NCBI GenBank assembly: GCA_043821285.1
Contig: JBDRCZ010000073.1
Location: 3,564 to 67,563, forward strand
Length of the DNA: 64,000 nucleotides
Direction: 5' to 3'
Origin: Candidatus Omnitrophota bacterium
GTDB taxonomy: Bacteria; Omnitrophota; Gorgyraeia; B26-G9; JBDRCZ01
The stretch's first letter is position 1; each line of letters opens with the position of its first letter. The position numbers and the translations under genes were made by a program. The notes beneath the pieces were generated by a model. That model was not told the origin of the DNA. It did not search any database and saw only the letters and a program-made list of their open reading frames with translations. Shown piece after piece: positions 50,258 to 60,035 of the stretch.

Positions 50258-50449
50258 ATGAAAAACTTGATTTTTGCCTGTCTGGTTTTGGGTGGAACCG
50301 CTGTGGTGCTGGCAATAGTTTCAAGGATGATAATGATGCCTCTTGAGCTTGTGCCGCGTGGGATCGGGGCACGGGGGTTTTTGGTGTTTGCAAATACCTG
50401 TTTTCTTATTGCGATACTTGCGATTTTATTGCCAGGGAAAGAAAAATAG
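50258..50449 (+). CDS. Small two-TM membrane protein
   Basis: Strong AAGGAGG RBS and two hydrophobic helices. Confidence 0.65.
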   Translation: MKNLIFACLVLGGTAVVLAIVSRMIMMPLELVPRGIGARGFLVFANTCFLIAILAILLPGKEK

Positions 50450-50579
50450 TTTTACGGAAAACTCAAGGTGTATATTTTTTTATTATTTCGGTAATGGTTA
50501 GGATAAGAATTATCCGCCGGCTTGACGGAAGATTTTCTCTCTCCCGCTAAAGCGGGAGAGAGAAAATCTAGAGATAGAA

Positions 50580-50948
50580 ATGAACAGGTTAGTTTTGGTA
50601 GTTGCCGCGGTATTGTTTTTGCTGAGCATTTTGTCATACACAAAATGCTCAAATACTTTTGAAGAACCTCTGGCGGATAGGGTAGAGGAAACGGCAAAAC
50701 AAAAAGCGGATAGTGATAAATGTTCCGAAGAGGCGGTGGATTGTTTAAAATGCCACGTTACGGCACCGGAATGTCATAGTGATATGAAAATAAGTGATAA
50801 AAAAGTAACCGGACAGGTATGTTATCCATGTCATACGGATAAAGAAACAATAAAGCAGATAAAAGATAGGGACCGGATACACAAGACGCATATTTTTGAA
50901 AATAAAATGACCTGTGTGAAATGCCATGATTTTACTGAAAAAGAATAA
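50580..50948 (+). CDS. Small multihaem cytochrome c
   Basis: Signal/lipoprotein-like N-terminus with CLKCH, CYPCH and CVKCH. Confidence 0.85.
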   Translation: MNRLVLVVAAVLFLLSILSYTKCSNTFEEPLADRVEETAKQKADSDKCSEEAVDCLKCHVTAPECHSDMKISDKKVTGQVCYPCHTDKETIKQIKDRDRIHKTHIFENKMTCVKCHDFTEKE

Positions 50949-50950
50949 AT

Positions 50951-52039
50951 ATGCCGATCAAACAAACAAAGATCTGGAGATATTTTTCTTCAATACGGCT
51001 GGCGGTCTGGCTGCTGGCGATGCTCACCGTATTTTCCCTAATTGGCACAATTATCCCTCAGAATAAAGAACCCGCAGAGGATATTCTAAGGTATGGCTGC
51101 GTTGTATATAAAATCTTCCATAAGAGCGGACTGTTGGATGTTTTTCATGCCCCATGGTTTATCCTTCTTCTCTTGTTACTGGCACTCAATTTAATCGCTT
51201 GCCTAGGCAACCGTCTGCCGCTGAAAAAACATTTGCTGGGCACAGTTATTGTCCATGCGAGTATTTTAATTATCCTGGCCGGCGTATTAATCGGAGTATT
51301 TTATGGACAAAGAGGGTATGTGCGGATATTTGAGGGGCAAAGTAGAAATTTTTTTTTATCGAGAAATAACAAAGTGTTTTTAGATTTTTCTCTGCACCTT
51401 GAGGAATTTGTTTATGAAGATTATATCAACCCAAAAGAAAAAATATTAATTTATGATCGAGATCGCCGGTTGTGCGCGGCAATTCCTACAGAAATCGGTA
51501 CAGAGTCAGTGGTCCCCGGTAGTGGTGAGCGGGTTAAAATTTTGCAATACCTGCCGGATTTTACAATGCATCTTCCAACAAAAAAAGTAACAACAAGGTC
51601 TGCGGAGCCGAAAAACCCAGCGATAAAAATTCAAGTTGAAAATAAAAAGGGGGAACTTAAAACATCATGGGTGTTTGCTGTTTATCCAGAGGGATGTAAG
51701 ATAGGTAACGGTTTAAAATTTGAGTATCATTGGATGCCGCGCCGGCCGAAAGATTTTCTCAGCAAAATTAGTATTATTAAACATGGTCAAAAGGTAAAGA
51801 GTACAGATATCCGTGTGAATTCCCCGCTTAGATTTGACGGGTATACAATTTTGCAGTCGAGCTATGATAAAAAACAGCATCAATGGTCAGGACTGCAGGT
51901 GGTAAAAGACCATGGTACCCAGGTAGTTTATACGGGATTTGTTTTACTTATTTTGGGACTGGTGATTACCTTCTATGTAAGAATTACAAAACCAGAGAAT
52001 TTAGACGATAGACAAGAGAGCATAGACAAAAAGTATTAA
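50951..52039 (+). CDS. resB: Cytochrome c biogenesis protein ResB/Ccs1
   Basis: SSIRLA...GTIIPQ, FHAPWF, VHASIL and VNSPL...QSSY. Confidence 0.9.
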   Translation: MPIKQTKIWRYFSSIRLAVWLLAMLTVFSLIGTIIPQNKEPAEDILRYGCVVYKIFHKSGLLDVFHAPWFILLLLLLALNLIACLGNRLPLKKHLLGTVIVHASILIILAGVLIGVFYGQRGYVRIFEGQSRNFFLSRNNKVFLDFSLHLEEFVYEDYINPKEKILIYDRDRRLCAAIPTEIGTESVVPGSGERVKILQYLPDFTMHLPTKKVTTRSAEPKNPAIKIQVENKKGELKTSWVFAVYPEGCKIGNGLKFEYHWMPRRPKDFLSKISIIKHGQKVKSTDIRVNSPLRFDGYTILQSSYDKKQHQWSGLQVVKDHGTQVVYTGFVLLILGLVITFYVRITKPENLDDRQESIDKKY

Positions 52040-52225
52040 CGACAAATGACGAGATCAGAATGACGTTATACACAGATGAAAAAACTAAAAAATCCGTGCA
52101 ATATCTGTGGCTAAAAAAATATTTAAACAACATTTTTTAAATTTGCGATCAACTGTGCTCTTTAAATCTGTGGCTGCTTGTTAGCAGTAATTTTTGAGAG
52201 AAGGCAATTTTTCATAGGGGAAAAC

Positions 52226-52996
52226 ATGTTTTCTATGTATCTGAATATTGGGTTTGCGGCGTATTTTTTAGCAATGGTTTTTTATACTGCCGGGTTGTTT
52301 TTTAGAAATAGAGTTTTACCCGCTCTGGCTAGAGGAGCGATGATTGTTGGGATTTTTAGTTTGACGATATACCTGGTAATACGCTGGATAGCTGCCCAGC
52401 AGCCGCCTTTGAGTAATATGTTTGAATCGTTGGTTTTATTTTCCTCGGCGATTGGTGTTGTGTTTATTTTTGTGGATTTGAAATATAAAACTAAAAGTAT
52501 TAGCGTACTGGTTGTGTTAATAAGTCTCGTGGCGTTGGGATATGCTGGTTTATTCGATAAAGACATAACCCCGCTGCTTCCCGCTTTAAAAAGTAATTGG
52601 CTGACCATTCATGTGTTGACCTGTTTTATTGGGTATGCAGCTTTCACCGTGGCATTTGTTTCAAGCCTCGTCTATTTAATAGAGAGGTGCGGTAATATGA
52701 TGCTCGAAGAGATAAGTTATAAAATGATTGCGTTTGGTTTTCTGTTTCTAACATTAGGGATAATCAGCGGGGCGGTTTGGGCAAATGTTACCTGGGGTAG
52801 TTATTGGAACTGGGACCCGAAGGAAACATGGTCTTTAATAACCTGGTTTGTTTACGCAATATATCTGCATCTTCGCCTTAGAAAAAGCTGGCAGGGGGGG
52901 GGAACTGCCTGGATTTCAATTGTGGGTTTTTCCGCCATGCTGTTTACATATTTTGGGGTAAATTATTTCATGTCAGGACTACATAGTTATTTATAA
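52226..52996 (+). CDS. ccsA: Cytochrome c biogenesis protein CcsA/ResC
   Basis: WLTIHV, WGSYWNWDPKETW and SGLHSY. Confidence 0.95.
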   Translation: MFSMYLNIGFAAYFLAMVFYTAGLFFRNRVLPALARGAMIVGIFSLTIYLVIRWIAAQQPPLSNMFESLVLFSSAIGVVFIFVDLKYKTKSISVLVVLISLVALGYAGLFDKDITPLLPALKSNWLTIHVLTCFIGYAAFTVAFVSSLVYLIERCGNMMLEEISYKMIAFGFLFLTLGIISGAVWANVTWGSYWNWDPKETWSLITWFVYAIYLHLRLRKSWQGGGTAWISIVGFSAMLFTYFGVNYFMSGLHSYL

Positions 52997-53127
52997 TCCC
53001 AAAATTTGCATTCTTGTCCAGTTACCATATTGCGCAGCCTTTTTTGTCCAGGCAACTGCTTTTGTTTCATCAGTGAAATGCTCTCCGTGGTCATAAAATT
53101 GTACACCGAGATTATTATCCATTTCAT
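52991..53127 (-). pseudogene. SEL1-repeat remnant at the end of the fibre-like operon
   Basis: NNLGVQFYDHG...KAVAWTKKAAQYGN after a GGAGG RBS; short and frame-disrupted. Confidence 0.45.
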
Positions 53128-53143
53128 TTTCCCCTCCTAGTTC

Positions 53144-53611
53144 TTAAAATAAGGAAAGTTGGTTGAGAAAAGTAGTGACACTACCAGAACTTTTGTCTGG
53201 AGAAATGGATAGTGCAGTTGCCGTTAAAATTAAAATATCCTTAGTAACATTGACTGCATTTTTCGGAATAACAAGGTTTATGATAACCGCTTTTTGCTCG
53301 CCGCTATTTAACGGCCCGATGATATTTCCCTCGGGAAAAGATGTTTCCCAGTTATTTGACGATACTGCCTCCAGCCGGTAAATGCCTAAAGAATACCCGT
53401 TGTTTTTTACGGTGAAGACATATGTGAGAGTTTTTCCGGGATAGCCTGATTGGCTCTCCGGAGCAATGACCATAACCCCTGAAGTAATTTCTTTTATCGT
53501 AACCGTGACAGAGATAGAACTTGCCCCAGCAGCTAAAGCACAAGTTGGACAGGTACTAGCAATTATCAAATATATAATTAACATGCTGATAAAATTATTT
53601 CTAACAATCAT
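53144..53611 (-). CDS. Secreted Ig-like (COG1470/NEW3-like) protein with N-terminal ISVTVTI strand
   Basis: Signal peptide, AGASSISVTVTIKE, and PGKTLTYVFTVKNNG...LNSGEQKAV. Confidence 0.75.
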   Translation of the reverse strand: MIVRNNFISMLIIYLIIASTCPTCALAAGASSISVTVTIKEITSGVMVIAPESQSGYPGKTLTYVFTVKNNGYSLGIYRLEAVSSNNWETSFPEGNIIGPLNSGEQKAVIINLVIPKNAVNVTKDILILTATALSISPDKSSGSVTTFLNQLSLF

Positions 53612-53763
53612 AAAAGTTGCCTTTTTTTAAATGAGTAGACAATTTACGAAGTGTTAACTTCGCAAATTGTAGGACTATGTCCGTCTGCGAATTTAATCCG
53701 CCAGCGCTTTATGGCGGATATTCAAAGGTACCGCATAACTTATTGCCGAAGGCAATAAGTTAT

Positions 53764-54651
53764 TCATTCGAGCTTAATCCGCATGAATCGTGCCCGTCCT
53801 TCATCAGGCTCAATAAATATAAGTGCTTCCCATTTTTTATTAACATCGATACTTTTTTTCGGAATATTTATGGTCACAATTAATTCTGCGCGTTTCCCGG
53901 GTTTAATTTTTAGAGTTCTTTTATTGGTCTTAAGCCATGTTATCTCCGGTATCCAGGAGTATCCCGGAGAAGGGACAATCTGTTCGCGGGATTTATCAAC
54001 CGCGATTATCTGAGAGGTTATTTTATATTTATGGACGTTATGATCATTATTATAAATCGTAACAATGTTTTTTTGTTTTGTCCCGGATGTTAGATCTTTA
54101 AAAATAACTGTGCTTGGGACAATTCCGCATGTCCCATCGGGCGTTTCCTGTAACCCGCTTTGGCTTTCGGTTTCAAGTTGGTAACGGGGATAAACGGCTA
54201 AAGTGAGCATTTCACCTTTTTCAGCACTACCCGCAATCCCCAATGATATTGTCCAGTGCTGATTATAGTATTTTTCTTCCTGGGGTATCTTAAAATACAT
54301 GCGTACTTTTTCTCTGCTCTGCGGAGGAACCGTTACTTCATCTTTGTCAAACCAGAACCATGCCGGATCAGGTATCTCTAAATAACCTTTAAGCCACTTT
54401 TTATTACCCACGGCTGAAGGTTTGAAGGTGGTTATTTTATAGGTATGGGGCAAGTCATCTTTGTTTTCAATAAGCAGGGTAATTCCTGATTTTTCTTCAA
54501 GGTCGTAAGTTTCCCCTAATTTGACCTGTTGAATTAGCAGCCCCCCCGGCTGAACACTTAACCCCATACTTGGGGCTGCTTTTTCTTCCGCCGCATAAAT
54601 GCTATTGTAACATAAAAATAATATTAGTATTAAAAGAAATCCATTTTTCAT
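53764..54651 (-). CDS. Secreted two-domain Ig-fold protein, putative assembly chaperone
   Basis: Signal peptide and two internally repeated domains (GYLEIPDPAW...VPPQSREKV and GYSWIPEITW...IKPGKRAEL), resembling PapD/WxL-interacting folds. Confidence 0.6.
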   Translation of the reverse strand: MKNGFLLILILFLCYNSIYAAEEKAAPSMGLSVQPGGLLIQQVKLGETYDLEEKSGITLLIENKDDLPHTYKITTFKPSAVGNKKWLKGYLEIPDPAWFWFDKDEVTVPPQSREKVRMYFKIPQEEKYYNQHWTISLGIAGSAEKGEMLTLAVYPRYQLETESQSGLQETPDGTCGIVPSTVIFKDLTSGTKQKNIVTIYNNDHNVHKYKITSQIIAVDKSREQIVPSPGYSWIPEITWLKTNKRTLKIKPGKRAELIVTINIPKKSIDVNKKWEALIFIEPDEGRARFMRIKLE

Positions 54652-55039
54652 ATAATTATCCCTACATTTTTCTAAGCAACCACAGATTTTCACAATTGTT
54701 ATTTTTTAGCCGCGGATTAACACTGATGAAAAACACGGATTTTTAATTATTTTTATTTTTAACCACAGAGAGCACTGAGTTTCACAGAGAATTTTATATT
54801 GATTTATATGCCCTCTGTGTACTCCGTGGTTTATTTACATTGATTTTTTCAGATAACAATCTGCGTAATCTGTCTCATCCGTGGTTACTTTTCAGTTTTT
54901 TATAACATTTTTGACAGCAGCGAATATTATACAATATTTTTTATTGTAATAACATGAATAATATTTGTTATTATCCAGCTGCTTTTAGTTTTTATACTCG
55001 ATACTCAATACGGATATTGTTACCGTGATACCTTTCTGT

Positions 55040-55066
55040 TCCCCGCCCCCGCAAAGGGGGCGGGGA
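55040..55066 (-). terminator. GC-rich hairpin after the putative major subunit gene
   Basis: TCCCCGCCCCC-GCAAA-GGGGGCGGGGA, an 11-bp perfect stem. There is no U-tract on the coding strand, so it may be a stabiliser rather than a terminator. Confidence 0.55.
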
Positions 55067-55086
55067 TAGTTTTAGCCAGCTGTCAA

Positions 55087-55560
55087 TTACGAAGCTGCAG
55101 CCGTAACCGTTACAGTGATTGTCTGCTGTGTGTAATCAGTAGTTGGTGATGGTGAATTAAATTCCAGTCCAAAATTGTATGAAGCACCAGACGCGAGACC
55201 TGAAGTTAACGAAACACCACCAGTTGTGATATTTGTATTGTAAGGACCACCCGCTGCGCCAAAGTCCATGGCAAACACATCCGCCCCCGCGGCAGCTCCT
55301 GCTGTCCAGGCAGAACTGTTACTTATCGCAATTGTAAGATCTTCGGTGACATTACCATTGTTAAGCGCGACACAGGGATCTTGTGTTGCAATATCACCTG
55401 CGGAAATAGTGCCGATTGGCCAGGCACTAGGAGTAACTTCAATAGAAACATTTTCTATTGTTACTGTAACCACGATTGTATCATCGGCAGCCTCTGCTCG
55501 GATTACTCCAAAACCAGCTATAAGCACCAAAGCAGTCAAACATATAAGCATTTTTTTCAT
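55087..55560 (-). CDS. Secreted beta-rich putative fibre/pilin major subunit
   Basis: AAAGGAGGTG RBS, signal peptide ending AEA, Ala/Thr/Gly-rich mature part, N-terminal DTIVVTVTI and C-terminal TITVTVTA strands. Confidence 0.7.
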   Translation of the reverse strand: MKKMLICLTALVLIAGFGVIRAEAADDTIVVTVTIENVSIEVTPSAWPIGTISAGDIATQDPCVALNNGNVTEDLTIAISNSSAWTAGAAAGADVFAMDFGAAGGPYNTNITTGGVSLTSGLASGASYNFGLEFNSPSPTTDYTQQTITVTVTAAAS

Positions 55561-55733
55561 TTTTTTCACCTCCTTTCAGTATTCATTATTCATTCGTCAT
55601 TTTTTCTATTCTCTCTCTATTTTTTTATTCCGGTTAATCCGGTTTATTTTATTATTGTATTGCGTCGTGCATATTGCGTTTTTTATTTCTTTCACGCAAT
55701 ACCCAATGCTCAATACACAATACGTATTTAGAA

Positions 55734-58700
55734 CTATAATGCCTGTTCTGCTCCGACGGTTACAATTATTGCCTGTTCGCTTGTATCCGAGGTTGAAATT
55801 GGCGCTTGAAATTGAAACCATAAATCTACGGTATCACCGGGGATAATATTTGTGCCGTTTTTAGATAAAGACGGGTCCCCGAATTTATTTTCATCTGCCA
55901 CAACCGGCACACCGGAGAGAATAATATCATCGTTTTTAAATAAACTGGCTGTGGGACTATCCGAACTACCACAGAAGAGCCCACGCAAGACATAAGTTTC
56001 ACTGCCGGCTGTTACATCCGGCAGCCAGGTGGGGGCACTAAATGTTATGTTTAAAGTAAAAGTTTCATTTACTGAACCACTATTTGTTACGGTGATCGCG
56101 CTTTCTTCTGTAGATTGGGTGATTTCATTGAAAGCAACTATACCAACCGGCCAGGCATTTGGATTAACCGAGACATTTAAGACAAAAGGCGCGGTCATAA
56201 AATTTGGTACCGGGTAATTTCCACCAGCAACCTCAGACATCCATTGCTCGATTACCGAATAACTGCCTTGGGTAAAAGCCAGGATATATTCCGCCTCATT
56301 TGTTGGCAGAGCGGAGGTAGTATCATATCTTATTCTTAGCGCTTCGGCCCCAGCTTCATACCAGCAGCCAACATCTTGCAGAGAAGTAGTTAGGGGATTA
56401 GGAAAATATACCCAAGAGATTAATAGGTTATCCACGCTGTCAGCGGTTAATGAATTATCATATATGGCAACATATTTTTCTTGTTCGCCCAAGGTCTCAA
56501 AATTAGTCCAGTTATTTGGGGTTAAAGTGTTAGTTAAGGCATCGGTCCCGTTACCAATATGGTACCGGTCATCTTCAGAACTTACACCTAAACAGCCGGA
56601 AATCGGGGAAAAGATTGTTGAAATATCGTCAATGTTTAAATCAAATCCCGTGAGTTTATAGACAAGATAGTCTGCTTCTTCGGTCCGCATGTCAATAGAT
56701 ATATCAAAACTGGTTGTTGTTGTTTGTTCATGATAAACAGTATTGATTATCTCAACATTTGTGTTTATTGAGTCTTCGACGACATTCCATGGGGAGCCGG
56801 GGTTACTTCCGGCAGTATCATCTTCAAAATCTTCGGTAAAATAATGCGTTGGCCCGGAATAGATATCAAGATCATCAACATAACATAATGCGTCAAAGTG
56901 GTCTTGGTTAGGTGAGCCGGAGATCCACAGGCCGGTATCCATGTCTATCTTGCTGATATTTGCTAACGCGTTCCAGAAGTTTACATTAACTGTTTTGGGA
57001 TTGGTCATATCATCAATGTAAACAGACATCTTATCGGTGATACAGTCAAAGATGATTTTAAAATGATACCATTGGTCAGGGTTATAGGCCATGATTGTGT
57101 TTTGCACACCATTATAATAACCAATACTCCCGCTTAAAAAATAGATATCTAAGCCAGCTAATCCGGAACTATTTTTCAGCATAATATCAAATGAATCCTT
57201 ATCTATTTGGCTGCGGCAGCGTGCCCAGAATTCAAGCGTGCCCTGAGTAATCGGGCTAAAATCTGCACTTATGCGGCACCCTTTGGCACTATTATTTGTA
57301 CCAAGATCATCATCATCAAGCATGCAGGATTGCCCTCCGGGGATTGCCTTGGTTAGCTCGCTCTTTAGTGTGACTACCCCAGAAGATGAATTTTCGCCTT
57401 CAATAAACGAAAAAGAATGAAAATTAATCCCGCTTAAATTATCAGTGGTAATCTCAGCTCTGCCATTTGTATCATTATCCAAAATTCCGGTAAAATTAAA
57501 ACTGTTGCTGGCGTCTTTTTGATACAAATATAACAAAGAATTATCCGGAGGAGTTTTTCCGTCATATACCGCAATTAGGTGTTTGTTTTCTAACACATAA
57601 TCATCGTTCCCATCATTATTATAATCAAGCCGGTAGGCGGATACTCCGGTTTGTGGATAGAGGTGGAAGTGTTTTTGGGTATTTAGGATAGGCCCGGCAA
57701 CATTTATATCTGCTAAATAAACGTCCGGGGCTTGTCCGCTGCTATCCCATGAGGCGCGATAATAACCGTTTCCTTGGTCAAGCAGACTAAGTGTAGTTAC
57801 CGTGGAACCATTACTGAGTTTCAAATCTGCGGTAACATCTGCCCCGGTAAGGGGGCTGCCATCGGAAACAACATAGGCTTCAATATACACGGGATCAGTA
57901 GAGTCAAAAAATTTCTCTTCTTGAGAATATCCCGCATCCTGGTATATCTTCCCAATCAGATTATTTTCATAATTAGGGGTAAAAACTAAGGAGTACTTTT
58001 GTGGAGCCGAAGGGATGTTATAGCCATATATTTCAATTGTCCAGTTACCCGGGGTAATACTGCTGCTTACAGTGACTTGTTCGACATTATTAGTATGGTC
58101 TTCTTGGGTTTGCACGGCCGGGGCCGCCGGGTTAGCCGGGTCAAGTGTCCAGGGGTAATAACGTACATTATTCGGGTCAGTTACAATTAGGTCTAAGTCA
58201 TTAATTAGGGCAAAAGCCGCACCTTCTGTTGCGGCGGGATCATCCCAAACTAAGGTTATTTTTACCGCCATTGTCCCTTCAGGTACGTATAACGAATAGG
58301 TATCAGTAATATTATGGGAAACGTCGTCTTCAACAATACTCTGGGTTCTTAATTTATCAATCGAATCTTTAATTTGAATTCCTCCATAACCAAAGCTGTA
58401 GTCAGGACCGGTACTGCCTAAATCCTGAGCGCCATGGATTAATAGCCCTTTGATTGTCGAAGGCAGGGGGTCTTGGCCGGAGGAGAGGTTACGGTAATCC
58501 TGAATTATTAACGAGACACATCCGGAAACACAGGGTGCGGCCATTGAGGTACCATAATAGACGCCATAGTTATCCGCGGGAAAGGTAGATTTGATTCCGC
58601 CATCTCCGCCGACTTCATCACCCGGGGCAACCAGGTCAGGTTTAATTCGGCCGTCATCCATTGGTCCCCAGCCGCTAAAAATGGTCATACTATTATCATC

Positions 58701-60035
58701 AGAGTGTATTGCTCCGACACAGAGCATATTTTTTCCGGTAGACGGAGGACCAATAGTATCATAATCACCAGCAACATTATCCCGGTCATTTCCCGCAGCA
58801 AAAACAACCGAAATCCGCTTACCGTATAACCCGGTAACAATATCATCATATTCTGGCGCATCAAAGCCATAGTATCCGTAATACTGCGGATAGGCCGGCG
58901 GACCGATTAAATTATACCCCCAGGAATTCTGGGATAATTCAATCCCGTAAGTGGTAATTGCCCCTAAGTGGTCACCAATATTATTATCCCAAAGGTAGGA
59001 AACAATATCTACTTCTGGTGCCATACCTTTCCACTGAAATGCCGCACCGCCTTTAGAGGAACTTAAGGTGCCATCTCCGCCTAAAGTTCCGGCAACGTGA
59101 GTTGCGTGAGTATCAACCCCGGCACTATCAACAATAATGACCCGGCTGCCAAAATCATCATGCGTACTATCCACATCCCCACCGTCCCAAATCCCGGAAT
59201 CAACGTCTAAGCCGCTTAAATTATAAGGGGCATTTTGCACAATGTCTGCGCCAACATTTAGCCGTGAGCCGTCATTGAGTGCTTTTTTTGCTGGTCGTTC
59301 GTCAATAATCCAGCGCACAATATCTTCCTGAGCAATATCTTGTAACTTGTCAGGAAATATCGTGACCGTGAGTTGATGAGCAGATATAGATTCGTGTTTA
59401 ATCTGCGCGCCAAGTTCCATAAGAGTTATTTTTGCCTGTTCCAAAGAGACGTCTTTAAAAATTGAAACCTCCAGATTTACGCTACCGTCTTGGTTTATTG
59501 CCCAGGGAGCAATCTCCCCGCTTAAAAGAGGAGGAAATATTTTATCTTCGGCAAGAATCCGGCCAATCCAGCGGACGTTTGAATTTTTGAACTGCGCGGG
59601 CATTATCCCGCGAGGCACAGAAGCAAGCCAGCTATTATACGGGATATAATTTAGTAAATTTATCTTTGCATTTTTCAATATACCTTTTTGTTGATTATCC
59701 GGGGTATTGTGAAATTGCAGAAAAACGTGTACGCGTTCATGCGGGGAAGTGCGGATATGAGATTGAATTGTAATAGCAATATCTTCCGGCGGGGTAAATG
59801 TCCGGGATTTAAGTTGTATTTTTAATTTATCAGGCTGATTAGGATTTTTAATAAGTTTTACGGGTTTCATCGAGCCTGGTCCTGGATTTTTGAATTGCGG
59901 ATTATGTTGTTTTTGCTCAAGCCGGATTATTTCTTCTGCAGACAAATTCTGGCTATCAATAAAAAATAAAAGCAGCAGAAATACCGCTAAAAATTTAAAA
60001 ACAAATCCTATTTTTCTTGTATTAGTTTTTTGCAT
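55734..60035 (-). CDS. Large secreted S8 (subtilisin) protease with C-terminal subunit-like domain
   Basis: Catalytic triad motifs WDGG, HATHVAGT and GTSMAAP; signal peptide; accessory beta domains; last ~150 aa homologous to 55087-55560. Confidence 0.92.
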   Translation of the reverse strand: MQKTNTRKIGFVFKFLAVFLLLLFFIDSQNLSAEEIIRLEQKQHNPQFKNPGPGSMKPVKLIKNPNQPDKLKIQLKSRTFTPPEDIAITIQSHIRTSPHERVHVFLQFHNTPDNQQKGILKNAKINLLNYIPYNSWLASVPRGIMPAQFKNSNVRWIGRILAEDKIFPPLLSGEIAPWAINQDGSVNLEVSIFKDVSLEQAKITLMELGAQIKHESISAHQLTVTIFPDKLQDIAQEDIVRWIIDERPAKKALNDGSRLNVGADIVQNAPYNLSGLDVDSGIWDGGDVDSTHDDFGSRVIIVDSAGVDTHATHVAGTLGGDGTLSSSKGGAAFQWKGMAPEVDIVSYLWDNNIGDHLGAITTYGIELSQNSWGYNLIGPPAYPQYYGYYGFDAPEYDDIVTGLYGKRISVVFAAGNDRDNVAGDYDTIGPPSTGKNMLCVGAIHSDDNSMTIFSGWGPMDDGRIKPDLVAPGDEVGGDGGIKSTFPADNYGVYYGTSMAAPCVSGCVSLIIQDYRNLSSGQDPLPSTIKGLLIHGAQDLGSTGPDYSFGYGGIQIKDSIDKLRTQSIVEDDVSHNITDTYSLYVPEGTMAVKITLVWDDPAATEGAAFALINDLDLIVTDPNNVRYYPWTLDPANPAAPAVQTQEDHTNNVEQVTVSSSITPGNWTIEIYGYNIPSAPQKYSLVFTPNYENNLIGKIYQDAGYSQEEKFFDSTDPVYIEAYVVSDGSPLTGADVTADLKLSNGSTVTTLSLLDQGNGYYRASWDSSGQAPDVYLADINVAGPILNTQKHFHLYPQTGVSAYRLDYNNDGNDDYVLENKHLIAVYDGKTPPDNSLLYLYQKDASNSFNFTGILDNDTNGRAEITTDNLSGINFHSFSFIEGENSSSGVVTLKSELTKAIPGGQSCMLDDDDLGTNNSAKGCRISADFSPITQGTLEFWARCRSQIDKDSFDIMLKNSSGLAGLDIYFLSGSIGYYNGVQNTIMAYNPDQWYHFKIIFDCITDKMSVYIDDMTNPKTVNVNFWNALANISKIDMDTGLWISGSPNQDHFDALCYVDDLDIYSGPTHYFTEDFEDDTAGSNPGSPWNVVEDSINTNVEIINTVYHEQTTTTSFDISIDMRTEEADYLVYKLTGFDLNIDDISTIFSPISGCLGVSSEDDRYHIGNGTDALTNTLTPNNWTNFETLGEQEKYVAIYDNSLTADSVDNLLISWVYFPNPLTTSLQDVGCWYEAGAEALRIRYDTTSALPTNEAEYILAFTQGSYSVIEQWMSEVAGGNYPVPNFMTAPFVLNVSVNPNAWPVGIVAFNEITQSTEESAITVTNSGSVNETFTLNITFSAPTWLPDVTAGSETYVLRGLFCGSSDSPTASLFKNDDIILSGVPVVADENKFGDPSLSKNGTNIIPGDTVDLWFQFQAPISTSDTSEQAIIVTVGAEQAL

